From positions 2,386 through 66,385 of the forward strand of contig JARLJS010000046.1 in assembly GCA_031291075.1 (NCBI GenBank): DNA of 64,000 nucleotides, written 5' to 3'. The position numbers and the translations under genes are program-made. Source of the DNA: Nevskia sp. Lineage in GTDB: Bacteria > Pseudomonadota > Gammaproteobacteria > Nevskiales > Nevskiaceae. Of the stretch, positions 38,061 through 48,554 are shown piece by piece (within the stretch, counting starts at the first letter, position 1; every line of letters begins with the position of its first letter). The notes under the pieces were generated by a model. It was not told the origin of the DNA and searched no databases. It worked only from the letters and a program-made list of their open reading frames with translations.

Positions 38061-38618
38061 ATGGCAGAACCCATGAGAAAGCGCAAAGCGAGCGGACCCC
38101 GTACAGAGGTCTTTGGCTTGCGCCTTGATCCAAAACTCAAGTACCTGGCCGAATTGGCGGCGCGCAAGCAGCGCCGCTCGCTGGCCAATTTCCTCGAATG
38201 GTCTCTGGAGCACGCACTCAAGGAGGTACCGCTGCGCGAGGCGGTCGAAGGACAACCCGCGCGGTCTGTCGTCGACGAGGGCGCTAAATTGTGGGATCTG
38301 GACCCGCCTTTGCGGCTCGTGAAATTGGCCAAGAACTATCCAGACCTGCTCACCTACGAAGAGCAAATCATCTGGAAAGCCATGGAGGAAATCCGGGTGT
38401 CCGCCTTTTCTGGCTTTAACAGAGATCGGGAGGAGATAATCAAGGTTCGGGCACTGATTGCGGACGACAAAAATAAAACCGTGGAACTCGAAGCGCTGAA
38501 GCGCTGTTGGTCAATGCTGGAAGCATTCGCGCGCGGAGATATTTCAGAAGCCTCACTGAAACGGGAGATCCAAAACAGCTTCGAACCCCTGCCTGTCGGG
38601 AGGCCTCCCCATGGCTAA
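38061..38618 (+). CDS. Putative regulator with N-terminal ribbon-helix-helix-like motif
   Basis: 'VFGLRLDPKLKYLAELAARKQRRSLANFLEWSL'; overlaps the integrase start. Confidence 0.65.
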   Translation: MAEPMRKRKASGPRTEVFGLRLDPKLKYLAELAARKQRRSLANFLEWSLEHALKEVPLREAVEGQPARSVVDEGAKLWDLDPPLRLVKLAKNYPDLLTYEEQIIWKAMEEIRVSAFSGFNRDREEIIKVRALIADDKNKTVELEALKRCWSMLEAFARGDISEASLKREIQNSFEPLPVGRPPHG

Positions 38619-39822
38619 AGCATTCAACAGGCTCACCCGAATCGCCATGCGCAAGCTATCGGCCGGCGGCAAGCTCAACGAGCACGGGATCACCTTCGAG
38701 CGTCTGGCCGACGGCGACGGCGTGTTTACCGTCAATGTGATGGTCGACGGCCTGCGGATTCACCGCGTCGTCGGACGCGAGTCGGACGGCGCAACGCGCA
38801 CCCAGGCGGAGGAGTTCATTGCACAGGCTCGCAACGATGCCAGGCACGACCGCCTCGCCCTGCCCAGGGGCCGCAAGCTGGCGCTGAGCTTCGAGGACGC
38901 CGCCCACAAGTATTTGCAGAAGCTCGCGGAAGAAGGTGGACGGAACGTCAACAAGAAGCGCACGCAGCTGGAGCTTCACCTGATTCCTTTCTTCGGCATG
39001 ATGCCGCTGTCCAAGATCACAACCTCCGATGTTGAGCGATACAAGAAGCATCGCCAGGAGCAGCACGCCATCAAGAGCAATGCGCTCAATAAGGGCTGCA
39101 CCTTCAAGGATGCCGCCCCCTCCGCCGGCACGGTCAACCGGGAGCTGGCGGCGCTTTCTCATTTGTTCAGCAAGGCAGTCGAATGGGCATGGCTGGATCG
39201 GCGCCCGGCGAAAATCAACCGGCTGCGGGAGGAAAGCGGCCGCATCACTTACCTCACCATCGAACAGGTCGCGCAACTAAAGGAATGTGCGAAAGCGGAC
39301 AGCAGCGAACTGATTTATCCGTTCATCGTCATCGCGTTGGGATCGTCGATGCGAAAGATGGAAATCCTGCGACTGCGCCGCGAGCATGTCGACACGGCGC
39401 GCCGCGTGCTCTACATCCCGAAGGCCAAGGCCGGTGCCCGCGAGCAGCCGATCACGGACGAGACCGCGGAGTTTCTTGAGGCGTACGTGCAGGCGCTGCC
39501 GCCGGGCACGCCGTGGCTGTTTCCGTCGCCTGGCGCGAAGGATGGACATGCGATCGACATCCGCAAGCCTTTCATCCGCGTTGTCGTCGCAGCCGGGCTT
39601 GATCCCAAGGTGGTTGTTCGTCACACGCTGCGGCATACTGCGATCACACATCTGGTGCAGGCTGGCGTCGACCTGCCAACCGTGAAGCGGGTCAGCGGGC
39701 ACAAGACGCTCGCGATGGTCGAGCGCTATTCCCACCAGAATGGCGCGCATATTCAGAGTGCGATGGATAAGCTGGAAAGCCGTTTATCGTCGATCGCACG
39801 CGAACGAAAAATCTCCGTCTGA
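38611..39822 (+). CDS. Tyrosine recombinase/integrase
   Basis: 403 aa; 'SMRKMEIL.L', 'KAG', 'HTLRHT', 'SGHKT..M..RYSH'. Confidence 0.95.
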   Translation: MAKAFNRLTRIAMRKLSAGGKLNEHGITFERLADGDGVFTVNVMVDGLRIHRVVGRESDGATRTQAEEFIAQARNDARHDRLALPRGRKLALSFEDAAHKYLQKLAEEGGRNVNKKRTQLELHLIPFFGMMPLSKITTSDVERYKKHRQEQHAIKSNALNKGCTFKDAAPSAGTVNRELAALSHLFSKAVEWAWLDRRPAKINRLREESGRITYLTIEQVAQLKECAKADSSELIYPFIVIALGSSMRKMEILRLRREHVDTARRVLYIPKAKAGAREQPITDETAEFLEAYVQALPPGTPWLFPSPGAKDGHAIDIRKPFIRVVVAAGLDPKVVVRHTLRHTAITHLVQAGVDLPTVKRVSGHKTLAMVERYSHQNGAHIQSAMDKLESRLSSIARERKISV

Positions 39823-40127
39823 AAATCCGCCCCTTGCGTAAGTGCGGAAACTGAAGAGGCGGCGTGAGATATTCATGTTCCACGCAGAACGCGACAATGT
39901 CTTGGCAATCTCCGCGGATGCAGCGAAGCGTATCTCCCTTTCTCGCTCTCTTTCCGCAATCCCGTAGCTCACACGTTCCGCCGGGCACCGTCGGATATCC
40001 TCCCTTGGCCCCATCGCCAATTGAGCGCGCTGAAAGGCAAGAACTGCGGAGCATGGAGCCCATTCCCCCGCAGCCCCCGGCGGAAAATAGAAATCGGTCA
40101 CACCAGGCCACTGATTTTGAGGGTAAA

Positions 40128-40192
40128 GTACACCCCAAATGCGCACAGGACGGTAGTTTGACGGACCGAACTCACCGGCGATTGGGGTGTAC
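40128..40192. repeat. 11-bp inverted repeat between the integrase and zorA
   Basis: GTACACCCCAA (40128-38) and TTGGGGTGTAC (40182-92), 43-bp spacer. Confidence 0.6.
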
Positions 40193-40248
40193 GGGGGGGC
40201 AGGCGGACAGCTAACGGCACGCCCCCCGTGCTTTGCACGAGGCGGCGG

Positions 40249-42219
40249 ATGGAATTTCTCGGAAACTTACCGATTCAGGCGACCGTGCCGGCGGGCGCGC
40301 TGATTTTTTTCCTCCTCATATTCGTGCTGCTATTCTTGCGGCCAGCGGCCGTTCGAGGATGGCGCCTGGGCCAGGCCATTCGGCTTTTGCGAAAAGAAGG
40401 GTCGGACGACAAAGAGGTGCTCGGCAGCATCTTCGAGCGCGACACGATCCTCTCGGCCGCTTGGAAGGAGTTCAAGGACACCCTGCACCAGCCGAAGGAA
40501 ATGGACGGCGCTGGCACCTGGCGCCCGGGCACAAAGGTCTGGTCGACCGTCCCGGCCGAGATGTTCTTCAGCGAGCAGGTCCTGGTCAACAGCCCCCTTC
40601 GCACCGAATTCTTCAAGCACCTGCCCGGAATTTTTACCGGCATCGGCATCATCGGGACATTCTGGGGACTCATCGTCGGACTCCAGGCGTTCCAGGTGTC
40701 GGAGTCCCCCCAGGTAGCGCGGGACAGCCTGAATGGGTTGGTCAACGGCGTCTATCACGCCTTCGAGATCTCCGGGTCAGCCATCGCGCTGGCAATCGCC
40801 GTTACATTCGTCGAGAAGTGGTTGGTCAGTGGCCTCTACAAGCAGGTAGAGCGTCTCTGCCAAGCAATCGACGCCCGATTTGAGAGCGGCGCCGGCGAGG
40901 AGTACCTCCATCGGCTGGTCAACGCCTCGGAGGCATCGGCCAAGGAGGCTCGCCAGCTCAAGCAATCCCTGGTGAGCGACTTGAAGGAAATCCTCCAGAA
41001 CCTCACCGAACGCCAGATCCAGGCCCAGAACACCTCCTCGGCCGCGATCGCCGAGAAGATCGTCGGCGGACTCCAGGAAAGCCTCCGAGGCCCGCTGTCC
41101 GACATCGGCGAGGCCGTGAAGCACGTGTCGAGCAATCAGGGCGACGCGGTAAACCGCCTCCTGACCGACACCATGTCGGCGTTCATTTCCAAGATCAACG
41201 AGCTGTTTGCCGGGCAGATCGACGGGATGCGCGGCTTGCAACAGCATGCCATTGAGAGCCTCGCCGGCACCGTTGGCCGCCTGGAGCAGCTAGTTGGTGA
41301 CATCTCATCCAAGGGGCAGCAGACCACGGAGACGATGACGTCGCAGTTGGCCGCGGCCCTGGCCTCAATGGAAGAGCGCCAGCGGGCGCTGAACGAGCAG
41401 AGTCAGGCGCTGCTCGACTCGATCCGCAGCCAGAACGTTCAGGCCCAACAGGACGCCAGCAAGAGCATGCAGGAAGCCATCGACCGGATGACAGCCAGCA
41501 TCGCCCAGGTGACCGAAGCCCTGGGTGCGAGCATCCAGAGCGCGGCCAGCCGCGACGAACAACGCACCCGGGCTCTGGCCGACCATGCCACGGCGACGAC
41601 GAGCAACCTGTCGACAATCACCCAGGAGTTGATCAAGCGCACGGAGGAGGCGGTCATCACCATGCGCCAGGCCGTGGAGACCATGCGCACTGGCACGTCC
41701 GAGACCGTCACTAAAATGAACATGGGCGCCGCGGACATGCTCAAAGCGGCCTCGGAAATGGCCCAGGCCGGCCGCGAGACCGGCACCGCCCTGCAACGGG
41801 CGCAGGCACTCACCGAGCAGCTCTCTAATGCCTCCGGGGCCCTGACCACATCGAGCTCGCAGCTCAGCCGTGCGATCGACGATTACAAGGTGACACGCGA
41901 CACCTTGGCAACGATGATCGAGCAACTGAGGGCAACGGTCGATTCGGCCAAGCGGGAAGCGTCGCTGACCGCAGACATCCTCCAGCGCATCGAGCAGTCG
42001 GCGCAGCACCTGAAGGAAGCTGAAACTCAGGCTGACTCTTATCTGAAGGGCGTGTCGGACGTCTTGCAGGAAGCCCACAACCAGTTCGGCACCCAGGTGA
42101 TCGGAACGCTGGAGAAGATCAACGGCCAGTTCCACAACGACCTGGATCGCGCGACGCGCTCTCTCTCCAGTGCCATCGATGAACTTGGCAACGTGCTAGA
42201 CAAGGTCGGAGTCCAGTAA
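40249..42219 (+). CDS. zorA: Zorya membrane protein ZorA (MotA-like N-terminus + long helical tail)
   Basis: Three TM segments ('PGIFTGIGIIGTFWGLI.GL', 'F..S..AI'), then a long heptad-like tail; directly upstream of an OmpA/MotB gene. Confidence 0.9.
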   Translation: MEFLGNLPIQATVPAGALIFFLLIFVLLFLRPAAVRGWRLGQAIRLLRKEGSDDKEVLGSIFERDTILSAAWKEFKDTLHQPKEMDGAGTWRPGTKVWSTVPAEMFFSEQVLVNSPLRTEFFKHLPGIFTGIGIIGTFWGLIVGLQAFQVSESPQVARDSLNGLVNGVYHAFEISGSAIALAIAVTFVEKWLVSGLYKQVERLCQAIDARFESGAGEEYLHRLVNASEASAKEARQLKQSLVSDLKEILQNLTERQIQAQNTSSAAIAEKIVGGLQESLRGPLSDIGEAVKHVSSNQGDAVNRLLTDTMSAFISKINELFAGQIDGMRGLQQHAIESLAGTVGRLEQLVGDISSKGQQTTETMTSQLAAALASMEERQRALNEQSQALLDSIRSQNVQAQQDASKSMQEAIDRMTASIAQVTEALGASIQSAASRDEQRTRALADHATATTSNLSTITQELIKRTEEAVITMRQAVETMRTGTSETVTKMNMGAADMLKAASEMAQAGRETGTALQRAQALTEQLSNASGALTTSSSQLSRAIDDYKVTRDTLATMIEQLRATVDSAKREASLTADILQRIEQSAQHLKEAETQADSYLKGVSDVLQEAHNQFGTQVIGTLEKINGQFHNDLDRATRSLSSAIDELGNVLDKVGVQ

Positions 42220-42222
42220 GCC

Positions 42223-42942
42223 GTGATCGGCAATCGCATCATCATCAAACGCGGTTCCCGCGACGAAGGCGAGAAGCCTTTCTGGATCTCGTTCTCGGAC
42301 CTGATGAGCGCGCTCATGGTGCTGTTCCTCGTTGCGATGACCGTTGCGCTGCTGGCGGTGACGAAGACAGTGTCGGATGTGGAAAAGGCCAAGGCGCAGC
42401 GCGAGGCAGACATCACCAAGCTGCTCCAGGAGGTCCAGCAGGCCGCCTCCGCCTTCCCCGGTGTAACCGTGGACCTGAACCGCCATATCATCGATTTCGG
42501 GGACCGCGCCCGCTTCGACTCCAGGAGCAATCAGCTCACCAGCGAGCAGGCCAGGCTGCTTCGGGCATTCATACCCCGAGTGCTGGCGGTGGTGCGCGAC
42601 GAGCTGGCCTCACGGTGGCTCAAGCAGATCGTGGTGGAGGGATTCACCGACCAGCGCGGGTCGTATCTCTACAATCTCAACTTGTCGCTCAATCGCAGCC
42701 AGCGCGTTCTGTGCGTACTGCTGGCCACGCCGTTTTCGGATGAGACACCCCTGACCGCCGATGAGCAGGAGCAAATCCGCGACCTGTTCCTGGTGGGAGG
42801 TTACAGCTTCAACTCGGCCAAGGCCAGCCTGGAAGAGAGCCGGCGCGTGGAGATGCGCCTAGAATTCCTCGACTTGGACGAACAGCGGTCCAGCACCGCC
42901 GGCATCCCTCGCGGCAACTTCGGTAGCTGTTCGATCGGGTAG
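42223..42942 (+). CDS. zorB: Zorya protein ZorB (MotB/OmpA-like)
   Basis: 'FWISFSDLMSAL' (TM Asp), 'EGFTD..G.Y..NL.LS..R', 'SRRVE'. Confidence 0.92.
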   Translation: MIGNRIIIKRGSRDEGEKPFWISFSDLMSALMVLFLVAMTVALLAVTKTVSDVEKAKAQREADITKLLQEVQQAASAFPGVTVDLNRHIIDFGDRARFDSRSNQLTSEQARLLRAFIPRVLAVVRDELASRWLKQIVVEGFTDQRGSYLYNLNLSLNRSQRVLCVLLATPFSDETPLTADEQEQIRDLFLVGGYSFNSAKASLEESRRVEMRLEFLDLDEQRSSTAGIPRGNFGSCSIG

Positions 42943-42947
42943 CGACT

Positions 42948-44576
42948 ATGACCGAACTTGAATCGCTCCGATCGGGGTTGTCCCTCCTCAACAGCCGCCT
43001 GATCCAGCATCGGCTGGTGCTCCCGCCTGGACCGATCAGCAAGACCGCCGACGAAATGGAGCGGAAGCACGGCGAGGGCCGGCCTCCGGACCGTGAAATC
43101 GTCCTGCGGGCGCTGCGCAAGTTCGTACAAACAGGGGAGCTGACCACCTTCGCCGACGTGAAAAGCACCTGCTTTGGCATTTTGGTGCGGGTCGACGGCG
43201 GTTCCAGTGTCATCGGTCAGGTTCAGCGATTTCGGGCGCTGCTCGAGACGATCGATCGCTTATCGCCAAACTCCAAGAAGCTCCAGCGCTGCTTTCAGGG
43301 GCTCCTAGGGGCCTATTTTGAGCTCGACGGCATCGACCCTGCCTCGCCTGTCCATCAGCAATGGACCATACTGCGGGCGCATCTTGAGAATTGGCTGCCG
43401 ACCCTGCGGCGCATCGCGCACCAGCCGCCGTGGCTTTCTGTCGTCGATACCCACCGAAACCTGCTCTCCTTCGACCCGACTAAGCGCTATGGGCCCAAGC
43501 TACTCGACGGCGACCGGAGCGAATTCGACCAGGTATGCCGCGCCCTGGAGATCAAAGAGTCGTCCTGGGTCATGCGGCGGGCGATCATCTCGACGGTCGA
43601 CGCTGGCACGGCCGCACAGAACAAGCATTTTGTTGGGCATCTGAACAAGCTCATCGCCCTTCTGGTCGACCACAAGCTGGTGCGGAACGAGGGCGCCACG
43701 AAGCTGTTGGATCGCTACGCCCAAATAGATAGCCGGCCGGAGCATGCCACCCTGCGCATGTTCGCTGTGGAAACCTTAGGCAATCCGCTTGTGATCGCCA
43801 ACCGGCAACGCTGGGCCGACGTCTCGGCTGGCGCGCGCGATATGGTTTCAGGTTGGCTGAAGGGCTTCCTGATCGAGCGATTCTTCGAGCTGCTCACCCA
43901 AGACGGATACTCCGACGAGCGCAGGCCGAAGTTCTGGCAGAGCTATCGGAATTCGATCGAAGGGATGTGGTTCGTGCTAGGTGCCAACGCCCGCAGCAGC
44001 TTCAACGTCGATTTCAAGAAGCTGCGTGACACCATGGGCGATCAATGCCTGGCGTTGGATGGCGGCAGCGCCAACAACAACGCCTTCATTATGAAACTGG
44101 GCCAACTCTACGTGGTCGAGTTCGGCGAGCGGGGAAACGCCACCTACATCTTCGACGCCAACGACCTGCCGTTCGATCTGACGCGCCGATCCCTGAGCCT
44201 GACCGCCCACTTGAAGAGTCAGAAGCACATCGATCGGCTCACGCACATGGATGGGCACGAGTCCTGGGAAACAAAATTCGCCAATAGCCTGTTCCGCCTG
44301 GCAACGCTTCGGCCTGATTTCTCCACGCCGCAGCGGCAGCAGGCGGCGCACCCGCCGTCGTCACCGCAGTTCGTCTCGTCATTCGGCGGCGATCGGGAGG
44401 TGGAGCGCGAGTTCAATATGTACTGCGCCCGCCGGAGCCTGATCGTGGAGGACCTGCGGAGCTCTGGCGGCCCGATCATCGTTCATACCGACGACCGCAA
44501 CACGGGGGTGAATAACTCCCTTTCCATGTGGGGTTTCGTCTACGAGCCTGGCCGGCTTAGCTGGGTGCGCAAATGA
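42948..44576 (+). CDS. zorC: Zorya protein ZorC (EH-signature domain)
   Basis: 'R..FW..Y', 'VVEFGERGNATY.F', 'RLTHM...SWE.KF'; third gene of the operon. Confidence 0.85.
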   Translation: MTELESLRSGLSLLNSRLIQHRLVLPPGPISKTADEMERKHGEGRPPDREIVLRALRKFVQTGELTTFADVKSTCFGILVRVDGGSSVIGQVQRFRALLETIDRLSPNSKKLQRCFQGLLGAYFELDGIDPASPVHQQWTILRAHLENWLPTLRRIAHQPPWLSVVDTHRNLLSFDPTKRYGPKLLDGDRSEFDQVCRALEIKESSWVMRRAIISTVDAGTAAQNKHFVGHLNKLIALLVDHKLVRNEGATKLLDRYAQIDSRPEHATLRMFAVETLGNPLVIANRQRWADVSAGARDMVSGWLKGFLIERFFELLTQDGYSDERRPKFWQSYRNSIEGMWFVLGANARSSFNVDFKKLRDTMGDQCLALDGGSANNNAFIMKLGQLYVVEFGERGNATYIFDANDLPFDLTRRSLSLTAHLKSQKHIDRLTHMDGHESWETKFANSLFRLATLRPDFSTPQRQQAAHPPSSPQFVSSFGGDREVEREFNMYCARRSLIVEDLRSSGGPIIVHTDDRNTGVNNSLSMWGFVYEPGRLSWVRK

Positions 44577-47500
44577 GTCTACTGGACCGATTCCGCGGCG
44601 CGCCGCGCCCCGCCGGCCCGCAGCCGCGCATGTTCGCAGTGCCCGACGACGACGGGCTCACCGTGGTCCAGGGGCCCGCCGCCCCGCCAGACGATCATTG
44701 GCCGGTCACCTCGGAGCTCGCGGCTCACCTCCTGGCCGAGCTCACTGATCAGGAGTTGGCCCAACCGCGGGCCAATGGCCACTTCCTCCCCTGGAAGTCG
44801 GTCTACACCGTCGTCGAGGATCCGGATCGTTGCGCTGATCTCGAGCACCTGGCGCTGCCGCCGATCGGAAAGCTGTCACTGCGCTTGCGCAGCGAAAACT
44901 CTCTGGCCGATGAAGACTTCATCATCGGCATTGATGGTTGGATGGATCAGGGCCGACCTACGATGGCGGAACGAACCGGTGCCATCGTGCGAATCGGCAC
45001 ACGACGGGAGTTGCTTCCGAATGCCACGTACGAGCTGGCGGAGTCGATCGTCGACTTCTACAAGGAAAACCGGCGGACCCCGGACTTCAACCGCAAGCAC
45101 TGGAGCAAGATTCGCTCCCTGGCCATGAAGGCGGGTGCGGGCATGGACCAATTCCTCGCGACCACCATCGTAGTCACGCCGGAAAAACTTGCCATTCGCC
45201 TGGTCGATACCGACGTCGCAGGCACCGGCGTGCTTGAGATCCAGCCCTGGTTCAAGGGCGCCCCGGACGAGTGGTTGGAGCAATTCGACCGAGCCGCCTC
45301 CGTGCGGGATCGGTACTCGATCGCAACTGCCTCGGGTGGATTGGTCGACGTCATCATCACGCCCAAAGTTAGCTCTGTCCTCGGGGCCATCAAGGCAATG
45401 CCAGGCAGGCGGGCCGCCGGCCCTCTGGCGGAACGGTTTGTCGAAAATCCGTTCGCAGCGCTGGGGCCTGACGCCAACGACGTCATCGACGAGCACCAGT
45501 TTGAAGCCGCCCGGGACGAAGCCGGGATCCGCTTCCAACGCTTCATTGCGCGGGTCGACTTCTCCAACGAGGCGGTGCCGAAGGTCGGCGTAGTGATCGA
45601 AACTCTGTCGCAAGAACGGGGAGAAGCCAAATTTGAGGCGTTCGCTTCGCCCAACGATCTGAAGGTGTTCATCGCTAAGATCGAGACGAAGATTCAGGCT
45701 GGGTTCCAGATTGCAGAGTGGCGGCGCCACCGGCTCCAGCTGGATGCCGACACGGGTGAGCAGCTCGAGATCCTGCGCGCGACCTACATCGAGTGGACCA
45801 AGCCCAAGATCGAGATCCGCGCCGCGGACGTCATGGACTTGAAGCGGTACTCGGAGCGGGTCGCGGGCATCGGTGTCCAAGAGCGCATTGTTTCGCCCTA
45901 CATCCCCAAAAATTCAGAGCAGGATCCCTGGTTCCCCGAGCCCCCGCTCGACGTCGGCGGCAAGCTCTCGGTCGAGGTGCCGCTCGACAATGGTCGGCAG
46001 CTCGATCTGCTGATCGATACCAAGGTATACAAGACCCTGTGCGAATCCGTCGCCACCGCCGAAGCGGCTGGCAAAGCAACGATCGACATTCCCGGGCACC
46101 CGGGCGTTCTACCGGTGGACCGGGCGCGCGCGCTGGTGGAGGAATTGCAGCCGCGTTTCAGCCAGGCACCTCCACCCCCACGGCCGCCTCCCGGGCCTCA
46201 TCGGACGCTCACCCGGAAGGAACGGCACGAGCTGCTCCTCCGGGGCAACATCGACAGCGCGGAGTTCTCGGAGCAGCGGGCGCTGGATCTGCGACTGCCG
46301 CTCGCGGCGCAACCCCAGCTCCCCCGGGGGCTGAAGTCCTCGGTAAAGCTGAAGGACCACCAGCTCCAGGGTATCGCCTGGATGCAGCACCTGCTGGCGC
46401 TCGCGCCCCTCATGTGCCGGGGCGCCGTCCTCGCCGACGACATGGGCCTGGGCAAGACGCTGCAACTGCTCACCGTCATCTGCTTCGCCCTAGAGCATAA
46501 GCCCACGCTAAACCCCATCCTCGTGATCGCGCCGGTGGCGCTGTTGGAGAACTGGAAGGAAGAGGCATCAAAGTTCTTCGCCCCAGGAGCCCTGCCGATC
46601 CTGGAGCTTTGCGGGGAGACCCTGAACAAGCTCCGTGTGCCGCGGTCAGCGATCGAGGCCGAGCTGCTGGATCGCGGCATCGCCAAGTTCCTGCGATCGG
46701 ACTGGCTCGGCAATGCCAAGATCGTGCTCACCACGTACGAGACCCTGCGCGATCTGGAGTTCTCGCTGGCAACGGTCCGCTGGTCGATGATGATCTGCGA
46801 CGAGTCGCAGAAGATTAAAAATCCGGCAGCCATGGTGACGCGGGCGGCCAAGAAGCAGAACGCCGAGTTCCGGATCGCCTGCACCGGGACGCCGGTTGAG
46901 AACACTCTGGCTGATCTGTGGTGCCTGTTCGACTTCGTGCAGCCGGGGCTGCTTGGCTCCCTCAACGAGTTTGGCTCCACCTATCGCCGCCCCATCGAGT
47001 GCCAGACAGACGAGGAGCGCGCCCGGGTGGAGCAGCTGCGCGAGCTGATCAACCCCCAAATCCTCCGCCGGACCAAGGCCGACGTCGCCAAGGATCTGCC
47101 GCCCAAGGTTGTTGTCGAAAGCGCCAGGCAGCTGAAGCTATCGGATTATCAGCGGCGCCTTTATTCGGATGCGATGGAGCAATTCAAGCTGAGGAATGAT
47201 CCCAACCGGTCGGTGCCCTTCAAGAATCACCTCGGCTTGCTTCAGTACCTCCGAAAGATTTGCATTGCACCGCAGGAATACGGCCGAGGCTCGAAGCTGG
47301 AGCTGTTGCAGGACTACAAGGTTAAGAATCCCAAAATCGCCTGGCTCATGGACACCTTAAAGGCGATCCGGTCGGCCAACGAAAAGGCGATCGTCTTCTG
47401 CGAATTCCGCGAAATGCAGGTGATGCTGCGGCACTACATCGAACAGGTATTCCAACTCACCCCCGACATCATCAACGGCGATACCGAGTCAGCCTCCACG

Positions 47501-48328
47501 GCCGCCGACAGCCGGCAGAAGCGCATCAAGCGGTTTTCCGAGTCCCCCGGCTTTGGCGTCATTATTCTCTCGCCTATCGCGGTCGGATTTGGCGTCAACA
47601 TCCAGGCGGCCAACCACGTCATCCACTTCACCCGTACCTGGAACCCGGCCAAGGAGGACCAGGCCACGGATCGTGCCTATCGAATCGGCCAGGAGAAGAC
47701 TGTCTACGTCTACTACCCAGTGGTGCGCGCCGACTTTCCCACATTCGACGTCAAACTCGACCAATTGCTCGAGCGCAAACGCACCCTGTCCCACGACATG
47801 CTGAACGGCGCCGGCTCGGTGTCGGAGCAGGAGTTTGAGGACATCGTGGAGATCGACGACCGGATCTTCGACGAGCGCATCATGATTGACGGCACCGAGT
47901 CCCTGGATGGCCGCACCTTTGAAGCGCTCATCGCCGCCCTGTGGAAGCGCCGCGGCTTCAACGCAGTGGAGCTGACGCCGGCGAGCGGGGACGGCGGCGT
48001 CGACGTCATAGCGCGCCGCTCCTCCGCCGGCGAGCTGGTGCAATGCAAGTCCTCAAGCATGCACGGCCACCACCTGGGCTGGGAGGCGATCAAGGACCTG
48101 GTGACGGGCGAAGCCCGCTATCGATATGAGCACCCGGGAATTCAATTCCGGAAGATCGCGGTCACCAACCAGCACTTCAATTCCAACACCCAGCACCAAG
48201 CGCAGCTGAACAACGTTGAGCTAATCGAGCGCGCCGACCTAGCGAAGCTGCTGGAGGAGCATCGCATCGTTCGGCGCGACGTTGACGCCGTTTTGGCTTC
48301 CCCGACATTCATTCGCCTGCCGGCCTAG
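44573..48328 (+). CDS. zorD: Zorya protein ZorD (SNF2 helicase + Mrr-like nuclease)
   Basis: 'LADDMGLGKT', 'DESQ', 'TGTPVEN', 'WNPAKEDQATDRAYRIGQ'; C-terminal 'FE.LIA.L', 'DGGVDV...VQCK'. Confidence 0.9.
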   Translation: MSLLDRFRGAPRPAGPQPRMFAVPDDDGLTVVQGPAAPPDDHWPVTSELAAHLLAELTDQELAQPRANGHFLPWKSVYTVVEDPDRCADLEHLALPPIGKLSLRLRSENSLADEDFIIGIDGWMDQGRPTMAERTGAIVRIGTRRELLPNATYELAESIVDFYKENRRTPDFNRKHWSKIRSLAMKAGAGMDQFLATTIVVTPEKLAIRLVDTDVAGTGVLEIQPWFKGAPDEWLEQFDRAASVRDRYSIATASGGLVDVIITPKVSSVLGAIKAMPGRRAAGPLAERFVENPFAALGPDANDVIDEHQFEAARDEAGIRFQRFIARVDFSNEAVPKVGVVIETLSQERGEAKFEAFASPNDLKVFIAKIETKIQAGFQIAEWRRHRLQLDADTGEQLEILRATYIEWTKPKIEIRAADVMDLKRYSERVAGIGVQERIVSPYIPKNSEQDPWFPEPPLDVGGKLSVEVPLDNGRQLDLLIDTKVYKTLCESVATAEAAGKATIDIPGHPGVLPVDRARALVEELQPRFSQAPPPPRPPPGPHRTLTRKERHELLLRGNIDSAEFSEQRALDLRLPLAAQPQLPRGLKSSVKLKDHQLQGIAWMQHLLALAPLMCRGAVLADDMGLGKTLQLLTVICFALEHKPTLNPILVIAPVALLENWKEEASKFFAPGALPILELCGETLNKLRVPRSAIEAELLDRGIAKFLRSDWLGNAKIVLTTYETLRDLEFSLATVRWSMMICDESQKIKNPAAMVTRAAKKQNAEFRIACTGTPVENTLADLWCLFDFVQPGLLGSLNEFGSTYRRPIECQTDEERARVEQLRELINPQILRRTKADVAKDLPPKVVVESARQLKLSDYQRRLYSDAMEQFKLRNDPNRSVPFKNHLGLLQYLRKICIAPQEYGRGSKLELLQDYKVKNPKIAWLMDTLKAIRSANEKAIVFCEFREMQVMLRHYIEQVFQLTPDIINGDTESASTAADSRQKRIKRFSESPGFGVIILSPIAVGFGVNIQAANHVIHFTRTWNPAKEDQATDRAYRIGQEKTVYVYYPVVRADFPTFDVKLDQLLERKRTLSHDMLNGAGSVSEQEFEDIVEIDDRIFDERIMIDGTESLDGRTFEALIAALWKRRGFNAVELTPASGDGGVDVIARRSSAGELVQCKSSSMHGHHLGWEAIKDLVTGEARYRYEHPGIQFRKIAVTNQHFNSNTQHQAQLNNVELIERADLAKLLEEHRIVRRDVDAVLASPTFIRLPA

Positions 48329-48406
48329 GCGCCTAGCGCGAGAAACCGACCCTTGTGCGCGGATATGTCGAACGGCTTTTGTGGATTTGGGCAGGACGGA
48401 AGCCCT

Positions 48407-48554
48407 ACGGCGCCAGCGGATCTTTGCAGGTTGAGTTCCAGGGACGTAGCCTAAAATCTTCCGGCGCGATTACACAGGAACTACACAAAGGACAGGCACC
48501 TGAGTCATTAAAACCGCAATAAGTACTTGATTTTAATGGCGGGGACGCAACCGC
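48407..48554 (+). repeat. Duplicated element end plus degenerate tRNA-Phe 3' fragment (att-like)
   Basis: Homologous to 52902-53062, including an identical 28-mer AAAATCTTCCGGCGCGATTACACAGGAA (48453/52952). TGG-CGGGGACG-C-AACCGC is the tRNA 3' end with small deletions. Confidence 0.85.

Noticed and set aside
39838-39846. GTAAGTGCG, similar to a MOBQ nick site
   Set aside because: It lacks the following CCCT and the upstream IR; no MOBQ relaxase; a chance 9-mer is likely.
42948-48328. Type II Zorya assignment
   Set aside because: No standalone HNH ZorE; the EH-signature and SNF2-Mrr genes indicate type I.
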